Part shown: one piece after another, positions 63,001 to 64,000 of the stretch | Layout: the number at the start of each line of letters is the position of its first letter | Numbering within the stretch: the first letter of the stretch is position 1 | Source: Myxococcales bacterium | Lineage (GTDB): Bacteria > Myxococcota_A > UBA9160 > UBA4427 | Direction of reading: 5' to 3' | NCBI GenBank assembly: GCA_012959805.1 | Contig: DUCN01000086.1 | Coordinates: forward strand, 4,002-68,001 | DNA length: 64,000 nt | Position numbers and translations under genes: made by a program | Notes under the pieces: model-generated | Told to the model about the DNA's origin: nothing | What the model saw: the letters and a program-made list of their open reading frames with translations, nothing else | The model's database searches: none

Positions 63001-64000
63001 CGAGGCGAATTGGCCTTGCGAGGGCGCCTGCGTTTCCGGCGCGACGGACGACCGCTTCCAGCCCCCTCACCAGCAGCCGGAGTGCTGTCTGAACGAGACC
63101 GAGGCTTTGCGGCGGATCGCTTTGCCTCGCCCCGCTGGCCTGCCTGTCCCGGCTTCCCTCCGACTCCGCTTTCGCGTGCGCGCTCACCATCCTCAGCGCG
63201 GGAATCGGAACCGCTCTCCGCCCGCTTGGGTTTCGCCTGGGCGCTGGCCCCGCTGCGCGAGCGGCCACGTCGATTCCGCTTCCGGCTCTTCGGGGCGGCC
63301 GGCCGTTGCGCATCGGTGGTCGTCGCCTCGCTCGGCGAAGCTGACTCCGGCACATTCCGGGCCCCCTCCCGTGCGCTCCCGGCACCACGGCGCCGGCGGC
63401 GGCGTTTCGCGGCGGCATCGCTCTTCGCGACGGAATCGGCCGCGGGGCCCGACGGCGCAACGCGCTCGGCTGCAGTCGTCCCGCGGCGACGCACCGGACG
63501 CGCGCCCCGCTTCTTTGCTTCGGGCTTTCTTGCCGATGGCCGAGGCTTCAACTCGCCAGCAAAATCGACGACTCTGCGAAGCGGATCCGGCGCCCGAGCG
63601 GCGACCATCGGCGACCCATCCAGGTCCTCGAAATCGTCTTCGTCTCCCTCGCCTCGGCGCATCTGATTGTCACGGCTGGCATCCTCGATGAGCGCCATCA
63701 CCTCTTCGGTATCGGCCTTGGCGTTCGGCGCCTCATACCGACCGGTCAATTCGGTGTCAGGTGCGAGACGATTCGCCTGGAATAACGACCAGATTTCTTC
63801 GCCATAGGGCAGCACGGGCTCGTCAGGGGCGAAGCGCGCGAGGAAACTGTGAAGGTTCTCCACATCCCGGAGTAGGAGCTTCTGGCTGTTCGGGTTGTGA
63901 GTGGGCTCCACCGACTGCGGGAAGTCGATCACGACAGGTCCCTGATCGCTCATCAACACGTTGAAAACCGAGAGGTCGCCATGAATGACGCCCGCACAGA
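62997..64000 (-). CDS. RIO-type serine protein kinase with a long Arg/Lys-rich C-terminal tail (N-terminus outside the window)
   Basis: The frame is open to the window end. The catalytic loop and metal-binding motifs read ...AGVIHGDLSVFNVLMSDQGPVVIDFPQSVEPTHNP...LLLRDVENLHSFL. A ~215-aa highly basic, low-complexity tail follows (KRRRRRRG, SRKRNRRGRSRSG, RRKRRRPRK). Confidence 0.8.
   Translation of the reverse strand, partial: CAGVIHGDLSVFNVLMSDQGPVVIDFPQSVEPTHNPNSQKLLLRDVENLHSFLARFAPDEPVLPYGEEIWSLFQANRLAPDTELTGRYEAPNAKADTEEVMALIEDASRDNQMRRGEGDEDDFEDLDGSPMVAARAPDPLRRVVDFAGELKPRPSARKPEAKKRGARPVRRRGTTAAERVAPSGPAADSVAKSDAAAKRRRRRRGAGSAREGARNVPESASPSEATTTDAQRPAAPKSRKRNRRGRSRSGASAQAKPKRAESGSDSRAEDGERARESGVGGKPGQAGQRGEAKRSAAKPRSRSDSTPAAGEGAGSGRPSRRKRRRPRKANSPR

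Noticed and set aside
63000-63700. GC-rich, repetitive-looking stretch (CGG/GCC-rich with recurring CGGCGGCG) considered as a tandem repeat or array.
   Set aside because: There is no regular period and no repeat-spacer structure. It is explained as the Arg/Ala/Gly-rich low-complexity C-terminal tail of the RIO kinase in the minus frame.
1-64000. UGA-to-Trp (or general UGA) reassignment as an explanation for the three in-frame TGAs (9022, 26375-26377 on the minus strand, 26878).
   Set aside because: TGA is clearly used as a terminator by well-delimited genes in the same window. Examples are metX-metW at 42400-42402, the LLM gene at 49781-49783, the GST-like gene at 51628-51630 (4 nt before the next start), the 4-TM gene at 16523-16525, and the CMD gene at 30702-30704. 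Trp at 26878 would also destroy the CxxC active site. The genome is GC-rich, unlike known code 4/25 lineages.
1-64000. Mobile elements, prophage, defence systems, CRISPR, toxin-antitoxin pairs and secondary-metabolite clusters.
   Set aside because: I recognised no transposase, integrase, recombinase, nuclease/ATPase defence-type proteins, repeat arrays, or NRPS/PKS/RiPP hallmarks in any frame I read.

Overview
About 64 kb of GC-rich (roughly 58-60% by eye) bacterial chromosome. A TonB-dependent receptor shows a Gram-negative envelope, and the gene content resembles an environmental or marine heterotroph. Coding density is high and antisense shadow ORFs are abundant. I saw no rRNA, tRNA, CRISPR array, IS element, integrase or phage genes.

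Gene content, in order:
- A minus-strand envelope glycosylation operon (polyprenol-phosphate-mannose synthase, GT4, two GT-C/ArnT-PMT-like membrane proteins, a UPF0104 flippase-like protein, a methyltransferase and a spermidine-synthase-like protein).
- An SRPBCC/ArsR pair and a TonB-dependent receptor.
- A lipid-metabolism stretch: an Rv1683-like alpha/beta-hydrolase plus acyl-CoA-synthetase fusion, a thioesterase, a CYP153-like P450 and an MBL-fold hydrolase.
- A fused MFS/spermidine synthase.
- A P450/SDR/ALDH catabolic island with a TetR regulator.
- xsc lying divergent from metY and a fused metX-metW.
- A tandem-duplicated family III CoA-transferase and two LLM-class oxidoreductases.
- A second lipid-linked glycosylation operon (wecE, wecD, an ArnC/GtrB-like GT2, a large GT-C-like membrane protein and a small membrane protein).
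- A translationally coupled RIO-kinase/yjgA pair at the right edge.

Most notable observations:
- A peroxiredoxin-like/DsbD-N fusion gene is interrupted only by an in-frame TGA. The TGA sits exactly at the first Cys of the CxxC motif and is followed by a perfect 8-bp hairpin, so this is a selenoprotein candidate that the ORF track splits in two.
- There are two other in-frame TGAs. One is at a conserved Trp position of the SRPBCC gene.
- Truncated or chimeric gene remnants are unusually dense, with at least seven in the window.
- Several domain fusions or splits stand out: MetX-MetW, a double CoA-transferase, and a split RluA-associated N-terminal domain.

All functional calls come from reading motifs in the translations. 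No database search was run.
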